Shown: positions 25,276-25,343 of the stretch, in pieces
How the letters are laid out: each line of letters begins with the position of its first letter
Numbering within the stretch: the first letter of the stretch is position 1
Assembly (NCBI GenBank): GCA_017861215.1
Contig: JAGFXN010000006.1
Location: 1-25,343, forward strand
Direction: 5' to 3'
DNA: 25,343 nt
DNA from: Deltaproteobacteria bacterium
GTDB taxonomy: Bacteria > Desulfobacterota > Desulfuromonadia > Geobacterales > DSM-12255
The notes under the pieces: generated by a model
Databases searched by the model: none
What the model saw: the letters and a program-made list of their open reading frames with translations, nothing else
Told to the model about the DNA's origin: nothing
Position numbers and translations under genes: made by a program

Positions 25276-25343
25276 GGCTCCCTCCTGCTATAGACAGCGA
25301 AAAACCAGCGGGTAAAGAAAAAATGCCGTGGTGATCTCTACCC

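Noticed and set aside
25329-25343. Possible tRNA/tmRNA 3' end (…ATCACCA on the minus strand)
   Set aside because: There is no T-arm (GTTCGA-type) or acceptor-stem pattern in the visible bases.
1-25343. CRISPR arrays, IS elements, integrases, rRNA/tRNA genes
   Set aside because: I saw no regularly spaced repeats, transposase/integrase motifs, terminal inverted repeats or structural RNA signatures.

Overview
Core-genome window from a Geobacteraceae-like deltaproteobacterium (Desulfuromonadia; inferred from protein styles and gene order). Left 14 kb, minus strand: a full 14-gene complex I operon nuoA-B-C-D-E-F-G-H-I-J-K-L-M-N, with nuoN cut by the window edge. Divergent from it are hemL and an F0-only ATP synthase block (atpZ-atpI-atpB-atpE). 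These are followed by a small secreted CX6C protein with a strong Fur box over its promoter, a DegP/HtrA protease, an acetate:succinate CoA-transferase, an erythrin/NUDIX/Rlu operon, a HAD hydrolase and a stand-alone HD-GYP protein. I found no rRNA, tRNA, CRISPR array or mobile element. Main points of interest: (1) the NuoEFG head looks like a HydABC-type electron-bifurcating module rather than a classical complex I N-module; (2) NuoF appears to lack about 45 aa in frame just before its SGLRGRGG motif; (3) an uncharacterised periplasmic mini-protein appears to be Fur-controlled; (4) NuoM has a (M/L)PAGH repeat tail; (5) palindromic operators overlap the nuoA and CoA-transferase promoters; (6) the c subunit has a partial Na+-binding signature. 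Family comparisons are from memory; no database search or alignment was run.
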